A DNA stretch of 64,000 nucleotides from Selaginella moellendorffii (lineage: Eukaryota > Plantae > Lycopodiophyta), in contig NW_003314320.1 in NCBI RefSeq assembly GCF_000143415.4, positions 124,001-188,000 of the forward strand, written 5' to 3'. The notes below the pieces were generated by a model, which was not told the DNA's origin, did no database searches, and saw only the letters and a program-made list of their open reading frames with translations. The translations under genes were made by a program, and so were the position numbers. This document shows, in pieces, positions 1 to 12,850 of the stretch (positions within the stretch are counted from its first letter, which is position 1; every line of letters starts with the position of its first letter).

Positions 1-1640
1 AATTATAGTATGCATATAGACCATCCATTTAAAATTGAATATGATCCATCCAATTTTGTATATAAGTAAGGGCCTGAATCCCAATTAAAATACTTAATCT
101 TTTATATTGAGCACTCATATTGGGGTGTAAAGTTTGTAAATACATGAATGTATATACATGTATTACCTTGCCTAGATAATACATTAATTATAATATTAAA
201 ACATATAGACTGTCCATTTGGGATTAAATTTGGTCCATCTATTCTTGTATATAAGCAAGGGCATAAACCCTAATTAAGATATCTATTGCTATAGTAACAT
301 TATTTTATATTTGAGAATGTTATGATAAATTAATTTGTAAAAATTATTAATTTTATTATTTAAGAAATTTAAAAGATCTGTATAATTCATTTTAAATCAC
401 TTAAAAATTTAAAAATTTAGTTTTAAGAAGATAATTTTATTACTTCCAGACGGCATATAAATAATTTTAACACTAAAAGGCCTCAAACTTTTTATCTTTC
501 CTCTTTTATTTTAATAAACTCAATAACTGTCATTTCAAGATTATTAGCCCTGGTATAAATTTGCTAGATTAGTTAAGAGAAACTAAATGTTTTTATATGC
601 CACAATTGATAATTTATTAGCTTTTTTAAAAAATTTATATTCCATTTTTGGGAATATTAGTACTCTTAAAAAATCAATTGTTGAGTCTTATCATGTTTTC
701 TAATGTATGATACTATATATTATTCTTGTGAAACAAACATAATAGATCTTTATTGTTTAACTTGTGCACCAGCCATTCCACATTTGCTCTTTGGCACCAG
801 AAATCCCAATAATTCCATCCATTGCTGTAGATTCATTAAATTAGTTCTGAAGAGGTAGTGATAAGAGGGGTACATGTGGGGGGTATGTAAGAAAATTCTG
901 AGTCCTATTTTTATATGCCCTTTTCAGGCAATTGGGGCCAGTCGACCTATCCTCAGGAGGAGCCTAGGCCGTACACATGGAAAAAAAGACAAATGTTAGA
1001 GATAAGATAGGTGGGTACTTAAGGCAAATTAGGGTGAACTACGGCCTTTTAACTTAAAGCACTCTTAAATTCTCACCAACTAACAAAGGTGCTCAAATGA
1101 GTTTTATGATAGTTGCTTCTACTTACCCCTTGGATGATCATGTTAAAAAGCTTGGCAGCATTTAACTTTCCGCAAATACTAAATTCCATACAGTTTGTCA
1201 ACCAAAAAGTAGTGCAGTTGGAAAGAAGTTCTTAAACTCAAAGTTTTTTTCAGCATCTTAACTTTTACTGGATAAAAGTAAAAGAATATTTCTATGCTGC
1301 AATGTCGATTAGTTTTTGAAAGTTTAACTCTGTACATATTGTAGCAAGAAATAAACTGTAGAAAAGACCAAGATCAAATTTCAAGCATTAATCATTTAGG
1401 AATCATAGTTTGAAAATATTAGGGGAAGATAGATGAAGCACTTCAAGTCAGTTCAAAAGAATGTTAAAAATTGGTCAAATTGCAATTAAAATTGATGCAA
1501 CTAAAGACACAACATGCTAATGCCATGTAAAACCTCAAAGGTGTTTGGAATAAATGTATTTTTTTATTTGTCATCACACTTTTAGATCATGAACACAGCA
1601 AACAATAGCAAACAGTAGAATCCAATCATTGGTTTTGTTT

Positions 1641-1900
1641 GTGACCATAAGCAATGGAAGATATCATAGCGTGGAGCACTGGGCAGTGGTAAACAAGGAG
1701 AAGCTCCGGATTTCAGTCGCGACGCTCATGGGCCCAGCCAAATCGTTGCCGATTGCTCCTTCCCCCCAGCTCGTCCACATCCAGCTCTCTACAAACCCGT
1801 CGTCTTCAAGGACTATTTGCTCAATTACACCAAGCTCGGCCTAAACACGCGTGGAGCGCTTCAAACTATCGCCACTGCAAAAACAGAAGCCCAGATCTAG
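1641..1900 (+). pseudogene. Orphan terminal-exon fragment of a 2-oxoglutarate/Fe(II) dioxygenase
   Basis: Translates ISNGRYHSVEHWAVVNKEKLRISVA (distal His and RxS motif; canonical HRAVVN is HWAVVN here), then frameshifts into HPALYKPVVFKDYL...EAQI*. No upstream exon with the HxD motif is visible. Confidence 0.8.
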
Positions 1901-2121
1901 AAAACTAAGTGGTTTTCTTAAGGCACATCAAATGCCCATATATAGCATCTACTATACATGCATACCATTTAGCATTTTTCGGTGATGGATTCATGCAGTG
2001 ATAGGTTCATGTGGAAAAGATTGTCGATGTTCCATGGAAGAATCCAATCCTCCACAAAGCGATAAGGCCCCGCGGCATTGACACGCCAAGTTGGTCTCAG
2101 TTCGAAAGTTTATTCTGACAC

Positions 2122-2229
2122 GTCATTATCCAGCCCTACGTGGTCCTAAGTGGCGTTGTGATCCAAATCAATATGGTCATTATCCAGCCCTACGTGGTCC
2201 TACGTGGCGTTATGATCCAAATCAATATG
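2122..2229. repeat. Two-copy 54-bp tandem duplication
   Basis: GTCATTATCCAGCCCTACGTGGTCCTA...CCAAATCAATATG at 2122-2175 and 2176-2229, two mismatches. Confidence 0.9.
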
Positions 2230-2249
2230 GGACGTCATGCTTGCGGCAT

Positions 2250-2940
2250 ACTTTCGAAACATAAGAGGAATCTCGTCTCGTGGAACGCGATGCTCGCGGC
2301 ATATGCCAAACCAGGGCTCGTCACAGAGGCCAAAAGCCTGTTTCACAAAATGCATTTAGAGTTTTTCGGACATCGGTTATGCTTAAAGCAAATGCCCAAC
2401 ACGGGCATTCTGAAAAAGTAAACACCATCTTTGACCATGGAGCGCGTTGCCCAGCGTTTATGCGAAGTACGGCAGCAACCCTTTACATCAGCGTAAGGAA
2501 GTTTTCTACAAAATACCGTGTTGGAACCTTGTGTCTTGGAATGCGGGCACTGGTGCCAAAGCTGCGAAGAATTGCAAAACATGGCCTCGTCAACGAAGCA
2601 AACGATGTCTTCTCACAAATGCCCGTTTGTGATCAAGTCTCGTGGAACTCAGCGTTTCACGAAAAAAGGCTTGGGCTTGGACGATCATGCTGCAGCGTTG
2701 AAGAAGCCAAAATTATGTGCCGCTCAAGAGCTTTATCTCCACAAACCTCCTGCTCTTCGTGCTTGACCAACCCCGAAGAAGCTCGAACGTCCCTTGACAA
2801 AAGTGCTGCCGAGCATAGCTTAGCTTCGTGGACGATGGTTTCGCCCGCAATGCTCTCTGCAAATGCCACTTCCGGGCACATACATCGAGCAAAGAGGCTG
2901 TTCGATGCGAAGAGCCCGAGAGCAAGATCTCCGAGGAACG
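2250..2940 (+). pseudogene. Degenerate PPR gene fragment (short S-type motifs)
   Basis: Motifs RNLVSWNAMLAAYAK, PCWNLVSWNA, DQVSWNS and MLSANATSGHIHRAKRLFD are scattered over several frames; same style as the 44518-47340 PPR. Confidence 0.75.
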
Positions 2941-3479
2941 CCCTTGCTTTCTGTGATTGGAAATACATCAAGCTTCGCTTGTGGACCATCTCTATGTTTG
3001 TAACAAAGTGGGAGTCTTGCTGTTTCTGTTTGCTTCGCGCATTCTTGTCTGTAAAGCTGATATAAATTCCTAGATGAGCCTGTAAACGACTGAAAAAGCA
3101 AAGACAGACCTTACTGCGTTCACACCAAACATCCTCAAAAGTGCAACAGGGCCAGGTCTTCCTGGCACCCACTCTTTCTCGCTTTCGCCAATCACATAGT
3201 CAATCTTGATTTGCTTAAAAGCAGACTGAAGATTTGCTGAAAAGTGTTAAATTATTTCTATGCCTTAAAAATGATAAAATTATCTCCTTAAAACTATTTT
3301 TCCATTTTTAATTAATTTAAAACACATTTTATATACCTTCTAAATTATTTACAGAAACAATTTCAATATATAATTTATCATAACGTTCTCAAATACAAAG
3401 GAATATTATTATTATGTATCATTATTATGCATCTAATATATGACTACATCAATTGAACTTTATTTTAATTTTTTTTATC

Positions 3480-4110
3480 AAATTATATAAGTTCTTATGG
3501 TATTTAATTTAATTAATAAAAAACATTACTTTTTTATAAGTAAAATGATCTTCTACCTATGTATCAATCAAGTAGTATAAAACATAAAATTTCATGATTT
3601 TATTTTTTATTATTATTACTTTTTTTTATTAAATTGGCCATATTGGCAGAAAACTAAATTACATTATAGATTATAATGATTTTATCATAGAGTTACATAT
3701 AAAATTTCTAATGAATATTATTTTCTTCATGTTGTTTATAGTAATAATTAACAAAGCCATAAAAATGTTATTTATCATTATTCAAAGTAATGACATCCTC
3801 ATTTTTGCAAATCTTTTTTAAATTTATCTCAGCTAAAATGAATTTAATAAAAAAATTGATGAAAAGAACATATAATTATGTTCTTACTTCAAAAGATTAA
3901 TATTTAGTGAGAGTTATACGTTGCTTTGTGATAAAAGGCATCAAAATCTATGATGCAATTTAGTTTTTAACAATATGGATTAATTTAGCAAGAAAATTAT
4001 AAAATTCTATGTTATATATTACTTGATTGATGCATAAATAAAGGATTTTTTAATTTATAGTTATTTATAATTTTTTAATTAATTAAATTAAATACTATAA
4101 ATTTATATTT
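3480..4110. repeat. AT-rich foldback/MITE-like inverted repeat pair
   Basis: About 120-bp imperfect inverted repeats at ~3480-3600 and ~3990-4110 (e.g. ATCAATCAAGTA / TACTTGATTGAT). Confidence 0.55.
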
Positions 4111-4240
4111 TTGTGAGTGCTCAAAATATAAGAATAGTTATATTAATTAGTTATACAAAAATGGATGGAATAGATTCAATCCTAAATGGATAGTCCATAT
4201 ACTTTAGTACTATAATTAATATATTACATAGATAGAGTAA

Positions 4241-4485
4241 TATATATATATATATATATATACATACATACATATATATACATATATATACATATATATA
4301 CATATATATACATATATATACATATATATACATATATATACATATATATACATATATATACATATATATACATATATACACATATATACATATATATACA
4401 TATATACATATATATATGTATATACATATATATACATATATACATATATATACATATATATATGTATATACATATATACATATAT
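4241..4485. repeat. (TA)n / (CATATATATA)n microsatellite
   Basis: Directly visible; runs into the assembly gap. Confidence 0.97.
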
Positions 4486-5219
4486 NNNNNNNNNNNNNNN
4501 NNNNNNNNNNNNNNNNNNNNNNNNNNNNNNNNNNNNNNNNNNNNNNNNNNNNNNNNNNNNNNNNNNNNNNNNNNNNNNNNNNNNNNNNNNNNNNNNNNNN
4601 NNNNNNNNNNNNNNNNNNNNNNNNNNNNNNNNNNNNNNNNNNNNNNNNNNNNNNNNNNNNNNNNNNNNNNNNNNNNNNNNNNNNNNNNNNNNNNNNNNNN
4701 NNNNNNNNNNNNNNNNNNNNNNNNNNNNNNNNNNNNNNNNNNNNNNNNNNNNNNNNNNNNNNNNNNNNNNNNNNNNNNNNNNNNNNNNNNNNNNNNNNNN
4801 NNNNNNNNNNNNNNNNNNNNNNNNNNNNNNNNNNNNNNNNNNNNNNNNNNNNNNNNNNNNNNNNNNNNNNNNNNNNNNNNNNNNNNNNNNNNNNNNNNNN
4901 NNNNNNNNNNNNNNNNNNNNNNNNNNNNNNNNNNNNNNNNNNNNNNNNNNNNNNNNNNNNNNNNNNNNNNNNNNNNNNNNNNNNNNNNNNNNNNNNNNNN
5001 NNNNNNNNNNNNNNNNNNNNNNNNNNNNNNNNNNNNNNNNNNNNNNNNNNNNNNNNNNNNNNNNNNNNNNNNNNNNNNNNNNNNNNNNNNNNNNNNNNNN
5101 NNNNNNNNNNNNNNNNNNNNNNNNNNNNNNNNNNNNNNNNNNNNNNNNNNNNNNNNNNNNNNNNNNNNNNNNNNNNNNNNNNNNNNNNNNNNNNNNNNNN
5201 NNNNNNNNNNNNNNNNNNN
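4486..5219. other. Assembly gap (N run)
   Basis: Continuous n characters. Confidence 1.
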
Positions 5220-6007
5220 TTGGATGGACATTTGGAGTTTATGCTAGAAGATTATAAACTACTAAAAGAATTTGAAGCTCCCACAAAACTATCAATAAAG
5301 TTGTTGATAACCATGGCTAAAACAAAACTCAGAGCCATAATATAAATATCAGTTAATTATGAAATTCTAATAAATCAATTGCAATTTTGTGTGCAATTGC
5401 AAAACATTTAAACCAACCTTGAAATCATAATTTTAAACCAAAGAAAGGAACTTAGAAAACCACTGTAATTCATGAAATGCCATTATAACAATTAATACCA
5501 AATGTATCACATGTCATTGTCAAAGATAAAACATTAGTATCCTAATTTCAATATGAAATTTTTTTTGTGTTTCCTTTTAGTTTACAAAGTTTCCTGGACT
5601 TGTGCTTCAATGAAGAAAATATTGTAGTAGATTTGATGGTGGCAAAAATGCATGGATCTACATCAAAAGAGGTCATAATAGTATTTTTTATCTAAACATT
5701 GTATTATTGTATAAGATATGATAATGTTTTATAAATATTTTAATTTTTAAAATATATATTATACTATTTTTTAAAGAAAAATTATTAACTAAATTTTAAG
5801 CATTTTGTAATTTAAAACTTAATATTAAATGTTTTCTAATGTTTTTCAAGAAATATGAAATTCTATACTATATACTACTTGTTTAATACATATTTAGAGC
5901 ATAAGTTTTATCATGGAAAAGTACATTTTTAATTAATTAAATTAAATGCTATAAAAATTGTATAGTTTATTAAAACTAGTTCCAAAATAAATTTGAAATT
6001 GATGTAA

Positions 6008-7151
6008 TGTCGCGAATGTGACTTCAGGTATCGAAAGTTACCTGTCGGCTAGTCCTTTCGGATATTCTTTCCTTACTGCCACGATGGCAGGAGGTTGGTA
6101 TTGCTAGACCCGTTATCAATTTTCCACTTGAGCTAGTTGAAAAACTGATCAATGACCATGTATTTAGATTGGATAAACATAAAGTAGAAACCCTATGTGT
6201 TTCTTGCTGAGCATACTCAGCCTGGTTTGAGAAACTTGAGTCATTGGCTTGCACTTGCTAGTATCAAGAACCCCCGCGATATTGAGATTGGTCCCTCAAC
6301 ATCGCTAGATGATAGCTTACCATGTCTGCCAAACACCCTCGCTATCATGCCCTTTGCATTAGTCTCATTTCGGTCCCAAATACTATTTATGGAAAGTGTC
6401 CAGATTTGCTCATTTGGCATATCTACGGAATGTAGAGATTGTTCTGAACACAATGGTGTTCGTCCCATGTCCAAATTCGCAATCTAAGGACATTCCATAT
6501 TTAGTAAGTTTCGAGCTTGTCCCAGAGACTAACTCCTGATACTAAGGGAGGCTTGGGGTGAAAGCCCAAAGCGTGTATTCCTCAAAGGGGGGGGGCTGTG
6601 GGGGGTTCCAAATGTATAGTAAGGATAGTGGGTAGGTTGGGCATGGCCAACCAACCTAAGGTATAGTCTAACTCCCGCTTATGTGCCTGTCCTTGTTCTG
6701 CGTCCGGCTTGGGTCTAAACCCAAGTTCCATTCCATGCTAGCTAGTGGAGTACCTATATCCTCACGTTAGGCCACCGGTATGCCGAAATAGCGCCAAACT
6801 CCGTTTGGCTCCGTTTTACGTACTAGTCCTGGCATTGGGAAGCTGGTTGCTCCAGGACTGTTCCAAGTCGCTCTGGGCTCCTGTCCCTTCACTCCATGGG
6901 CTATATGCTCAAGAGTTGCTCCGTGGTTCGGTTCTATCACCCCTTGGCTCCACGTTTGGGAGTTTGGCACCGTTCCTTCGTTCAGTGGCCCAAGGCCCTG
7001 AACCTTGAGTTCCGCACCACATTCCTTTGGACATGTGGTATGTGACATGTGGCATCTGTAACGTGGCACAAAGAGGGTTTAGGTTCCGCTTCGTGGTGTT
7101 ATCCTATGGTAAATCACCATAGGATAAAGGGTCAAAACCACGTGCACTACA
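6008..7151 (+). repeat. 5' LTR
   Basis: TGTCGCGAAT...CACTACA; direct repeat of 10914-12057 with about 50 substitutions by eye. Confidence 0.95.
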
Positions 7152-7153
7152 TT

Positions 7154-7164
7154 TGGTATCAGAG
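7154..7164 (+). promoter_or_regulatory. Primer-binding site (tRNA-iMet)
   Basis: TGGTATCAGAG, 2 nt after the 5' LTR. Confidence 0.92.
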
Positions 7165-10100
7165 GATGAGTCTTAGCGAGTACTATTCAATGAGATTGGG
7201 CAACTAGTCTCATTGCATATGCAGAGATGAAAATGATAATCCGAGTGGGTACACGTTTGGGTGCTAAAACTTGGCAATCGTTCCTTGGGTATGGATTTGG
7301 TTACCGTTTTGTACCATATTATATGAGCTTGCTCTTGGGCTCATAGGAAGGATTGAGTTGTTCCAGAAGCATGAGTTTGCACTTGGGCTCATGAGTGAGG
7401 CACATTAGCAACTCAAGGTTACACTTTGAGTTGGTAGGATTAATATTAGCCTATTGGTGGTTCCATGAGTGGTTCTAGTGGTTCCATGAGTTATTCCTTG
7501 TACCATAGGTGAAAGCAAACCTCTCTGGGTTTGCTATGAGTGGCAAATAGGCTGGTCCGTAACTGTTTAGCATGGCACTAGTGGATCCTTCCTAGATATG
7601 ATTATAAGTGAATCAATCAAAACTGTAGGGATTAGTCTATTGGTTCAAGTAGTCATTGCCATACTCTCTCATAAACTTTTCTTGGATTGGACTGAAGGCA
7701 GTGCGAAAGCAAGCTTGAGGTTTGGTCAAAAATGAGACCGAAAAGAGAGTCATCAGAGACGAAGGATCAAACACGTAAATCATTTTCTTTTCTTAGAGAG
7801 ATGATTTGCAACAAGGTGTTAACTCATTGCTCGTGTTCACATCATGCAAACAAAAGTCCCTATCTTGATGCATGTTAGAAATGATGGTCTTACAATGGTG
7901 AGTTATGGGATGGATAGCAGTGAAGCGCTATACCATTTTGTCTAGGCTTGCTATTGGAAGACTTGGGTTGCAATACTCAATTCTTTTCCGGGGAACCTTG
8001 TTATTGCTCCTTGAGTAGCTTGGTGTTGGATTAGTGTTGAGTTTGGTCGGAAAGAGAGTGGCATGAGTTTGTTCGTGTTGTGAACAAAAATTAGTGGTGT
8101 TAAGTGTTGTAAATTTCTATTGATGGGGTGTGGCATTTATGTTGCATTTTGTCGAATCGAGTTGGCACTTGATATTCACATAAACCTTTGCAGTAGTGAT
8201 ATGGGCATTGCTCATAGTGTTACTCAATTGATGATCAAGTCATTGTGATACTTACATCATATCCATGTGATAATGAGCAATGTGTTTACGAAGTTGTTTG
8301 GTTAAATGATGATCAACCCCAAAGTGGTTGATGGAGAAGCTAGTCTACTTGTACGAAGTAGCATTGTAGTAGCTTTGACTAGATTTTCAATGGTGGTCCA
8401 TTATGCTAAGCTTAAGCAGGTACCTTGTTTCATAGAGTTCGCCCATTAAAGTGTTGGAAAAAGGTTATAGCATTCGTTTGTTATAACTTGTCGGTTGACC
8501 CGTTAACACTTAGAGTAAATTGTTGGATGGAGAAAATGTGTAGTTGGGGCATTGACATCACTAGCACTTGTGCTAGTGGGGATGACATTGTTATGTTGAG
8601 TGACGAGGAGTTTTTTTTTCCTTAAGCTTGATTTTTCATGTCATTTTTCTTGTTAGTGTTTTGGCTTCACATTGGATCTTGAAGGTGATTGAAGAAAAGT
8701 GTTAGTGCAATGTGAATATCCGAAGATGTGGTTTTCGTGATCAAGCATTGGATGTTCATTTTGCACTTTGCGGATGTCGGTGTTGGATATCGGTTAAATG
8801 GGCAAAGATGTTCGATACTTAAGCATATTGATGGATCATGAGAATTTGTGTCAAGATGAACCTATGTGAAGTTGTTTGTAAGAGGAAGTTGGTTGAGTCT
8901 TGAAAGTTTGTATTCCTGGACTGAGAGCCATTCTTTCTCTAGGATGGAAATTTTTCCATAAATTTTTTTAGGCTTTTCCAATGGCTAATCTGTTGGTCAC
9001 TTTGCTCGAAAACCATTCCGTTTTCGTAAGCTAGTACAAACTAGTGAAATGGTTGGAGTTGACTTTGGTTGGCTTAGACCTTAGTAAATAGTTTGTATGA
9101 TGCAGCCCGGAAGGGATGTTGACTTTTGGGGCTAAGACAATTGAGTTGGATAGAGTCTAGAGTTAGTGTAGAAAAGTGGCTGTGCATTTTTCTTAGAAAG
9201 GTGTCCCTTGTACCTTTCTTTTGTAGTGTTATGCTTGGTGGCAGGTTGCACCTTGCATTACGTTAGACTCTATGAGAGTAGTGAGTTTTCACTGATCTTG
9301 ACTTAGTCTTGGTGGCCCTGCGCCTTGGCTGAGGATTGTGATGTCCAACTTAGTTGTTTGAGGTTGAGATGTTGATACCTGTACTATAGCTATGTCTATA
9401 AGGAGGTTGTTGTACCGATATGAGTCCATCTCATGGTCTTCACTTTAGTTTCGACTGAGTGTTGATCATATAGCTAGTCTCTTCAAGGCATGCTCAGAGC
9501 TATTGACTAAATGCATTAGTGAGCTTATTGTGGTTGAGTTGGATTCGAGTGGTCATTTAGTTTGTGCTTGTCTATAAACTTTTATCTCGTACCTGGGGTA
9601 TTGTGTTCATGTTAGACAAGTATGTGACTCGATAACATGATTTTTTTAACTGTGTTGATGTTCAAACGAACTGAGTGGCAAGTTGAGTTAGTTGTGTTCT
9701 AGACGAGATTATTTAGTAGAGGGTTGAACTTTAGCTTTTCCTTGAAAAGTGATTTAGTTGTGGACTATGCTAACTCTACGAGAGGAAGAGTTAGTGATCG
9801 ATATTAGAATGTTGAGTCCTTGTTAGATTTGAGTTCGGGATATAGCGATCATTAATGATTTTTTTTGGGCTTGTTATGAAGTGAGTTATGTCTTACATTG
9901 CTAACACTTACTTAAGCAACTCTGGTTCCTTGGTATTATTGACCGGGATCTATTCAAATTAACTTATGCGATGGTTGGCATGACTAAGTGTTTGTTGGTC
10001 TTACCACATTCATTCTATTCTGTTGATTGTTGTTAGAGTTAGTTCTAATAGATTAGGATGTTATTTCCTTTGGGTGATACATTCGCGAGCATTGTGCTTG

Positions 10101-10901
10101 TCGGTTAAGGATACTTTGTGTTATTTGAGTTATCTTTCATAAGTGGTTTGGCATACTATCTACAATCTTTGGTAGTTAAGTTTTCTCATTGAGTGTACTT
10201 GATGATATACTTGCTATTGAATTTTGTTGGATGGTGAATCTTATATTTTCCAATGATAGTGATCTTGGTGGTTCCTATACTGTAATCCTAGTTTATCGGA
10301 TGATAACTTACTTGGAATACTTTTGTGTTCTAACCTAAGATATATTCACTGATAATTAAGTCTCTAAGATATCATTGTTTATGACTTTGATATTGTCCAT
10401 CTATTGATCTTTGAGTTTGGGCCAGTATAGGTAGATTGGCTTCAGCACTTCGTGTGCATGTTGAAATCTCTAATCATGGGATAGCTACTGTCGACTGGTC
10501 ACATAACCCACCTCTCTGTTGATGTTCCTTTTTCGTTGAAAGGGCGTGACCGTGTAAACAACTCTAACTGCCTATTTACAGTAGTCTATCTAAACCTTAC
10601 CGACGGGTTTGGTTTCTTTGCTTAGGAGGGTTGGGGCATCTGGCTTCTCTTTCTATGTCTCTGCGGGCAGGGGCATATCACACTTTTGTAAGTTAGGTGA
10701 CTCCTAGAGCAGCAAGGGTGGCTAACTCTGTTGGTCATTTCCTTGTCGGCGACGGCCGGAAGGTGTTTGAGTTGGTAGTGCATCCGCGTTAAACAAAGAG
10801 GTTACCCCTTAACTCATTTAAGTTGGTGCATTTTTCTGGAGTTGTTTCCTTGGCGGTATTCTAGACTCGAGTATGCATCGACGAGGACATTGATCTTCCC
10901 T

Positions 10902-10913
10902 AGGGGGGGAGAG
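10902..10913 (+). promoter_or_regulatory. Polypurine tract
   Basis: AGGGGGGGAGAG immediately before the TG of the 3' LTR. Confidence 0.92.
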
Positions 10914-12057
10914 TGTCGCGAATGTGACTTCAGGTATTGAAAGTTACCTGTTGGCTAGTCCTTTTGGATATTCTTTCCTTACTACCACGATGGCAGAAGG
11001 TCGGTATTGCTAGACCCGTTATCAGTTTCCCACTTGAGCTAGTTGAGAAACTGGTCAATGACCATGCATTTAGATTGGATAAACATAAAGTAGGAACCCT
11101 ATGTGTTTCTTGCTGAGCATACTCGGCCTGGTTTGAGAAACTTGAGTCATTGGCTTGCACTTGCTAGTATCAAGAACCCCCGCGATATTGAGATTGGTCC
11201 CTCAACATCGCTAGATGATAGCTTACCATGTCTGCCAAACACCCTCGCTATCATGCCCTTTGCGTTAGTCTCATTTCGGTCCTAAATGCTATTTATGGAA
11301 AGTGTCCAGATTTGCTCATTTGGCATATCTATGGAATGTAGAGATTGTTCTGAACACAATGGTGTTCATCCCATGTCCAAATTCGCAATCTAAGGACATT
11401 CCATATTTAGTAAGTTTCGAGCTTGTCCCAGAGACTAACTCTTGATACTAAGGGAGGCTTGGGGTGAAAGCCCAAAGCGTGTGTTCCTCAAAGGGGGGGG
11501 GTTGTGGGGGGTTCCAAATGTATAGTAGGGATAGTGGGTAGGTCGGGCATGGCTAACCAACTTGAGGCATAGTCTAACTCCCGCTTGTGTGCCTGTCTTT
11601 GTTCTGCATCCGGCTTGGGTCTAAGCCCAAGTTCCATTCCATGCTAGCTAGTGGAGTACCTATATCCTCACGTTAGGCCACCGGTATGCCGAAATAGCGC
11701 CAAACTCCGTTTGGCTTCGTTTTGCGTACTGATCCTGGCATTGGGAAGCTGGTTGCTCCAGGACTGTTCCAAGTCGCTCCGGGCTCCTATCCCTTCACTC
11801 CTTGGGCTATATGCTCAAGAGTTGCTCCGTGGTTCGGTTCTATCACTCCTTGGCTCTACGTTTGGGAGTTTGGCACCGTTCCTTCGTTCAGTGGCCCAAG
11901 GTCCTGAACCTTGAGTTCCGCACCATGTTCCTTTGGACACATGGCATGTGACACATGGCATCTGTCACGTGGCACAAAGAGGGTTTAGGTTCCGCTTCGT
12001 GGTGTTATCCTATGGTAAATCACCATAGGATAAAGGGTCAAAACCACATGTGCTACA
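10914..12057 (+). repeat. 3' LTR
   Basis: TGTCGCGAAT...GCTACA followed by TSD TGTAA. Confidence 0.95.
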
Positions 12058-12850
12058 TGTAATCATAGATATTGTTTTGTATTTGAGAAGGTTGTGGTAA
12101 ATTTTTTATTTAAAATAAAAAACTCAAAAACTATTATTTCAATATTGTTAGCACTTATTTAAATTTGTTAGATTAATTAAGAAAGGCTTATACTGGGGAT
12201 GATAATATTGTGGCTGCAACCTTAAAAGTACATTTATATATGTCATTTTTCTTTAGTTCATCACATGAGCTGGTGAAAAAGCTTTTAGAGTTATTGAAAA
12301 AGAAGAATAAACTTGAGTTAACAAAAAAGTTGCCTAAATATTTGAAAAAGCAAAAGCAAATAAGCCAAATAAACTGGAGTTGAAAATATTATTAATGCTC
12401 CTCTTTTTGTTCTTCTACTACTTATTTTAACTCTTTTCTCAACCTCATTCTTTGTTAACTCACTGGAAAACACCATTAACTTCTCTTAGTCCACTAAGTA
12501 AATTTTTTAACTTCTAATTACTAACCACTTCTCAACTCGTTATTCTAAACTACTCTGGTATAACCACTTAATACCGGCTGCCTAAAGTTTTGTGGTATAA
12601 GGTTTAGAGGTACATGATAACATGGAGGATCAGATCATGGGTTATGAAGGATGACAATGTAAGTAGTACATAAGCAAGTGTTCGAGAATTTGTAACATAC
12701 CTATGTCTATCTGTGTTTGAGTTGAGATTTTTCTGTGTTTCAGAGTGTGAAGTGGAGAGGCTTGAAGCTTGCAACATCCTGTGCAAGCACCTTGAGCTGA
12801 GTCACTGTAGTGTAAGAGTTCCAATGTTTTTTCCTTGGCATGTGCGGAAT

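Larger units (their letters stand above)
6008..12057 (+). mobile_element. Complete non-autonomous LTR retrotransposon (LARD-like, probably Gypsy-derived)
   Basis: 1144-bp TG...CA LTRs at 6008-7151 and 10914-12057; 5-bp TSD TGTAA at 6003-6007 and 12058-12062; tRNA-iMet PBS at 7154; PPT at 10902-10913; the 3.76-kb interior has no long ORF. Confidence 0.95.

Noticed and set aside
4151-5345. ORFs rich in Y/I/M/C and X in the ORF track (also 48224-48606)
   Set aside because: Translations of TA microsatellites and of the N gap.
6008-7151. Short ORFs or a Cassandra-type 5S segment in the LTR
   Set aside because: No 5S-like sequence seen; the ORFs are short, lack motifs, and one is interrupted by a stop in the second LTR.
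7688-7699. TTGGACTGAAGG, matching the 5' part of miR319
   Set aside because: Only 12 nt, inside a retroelement, with no complementary arm seen.
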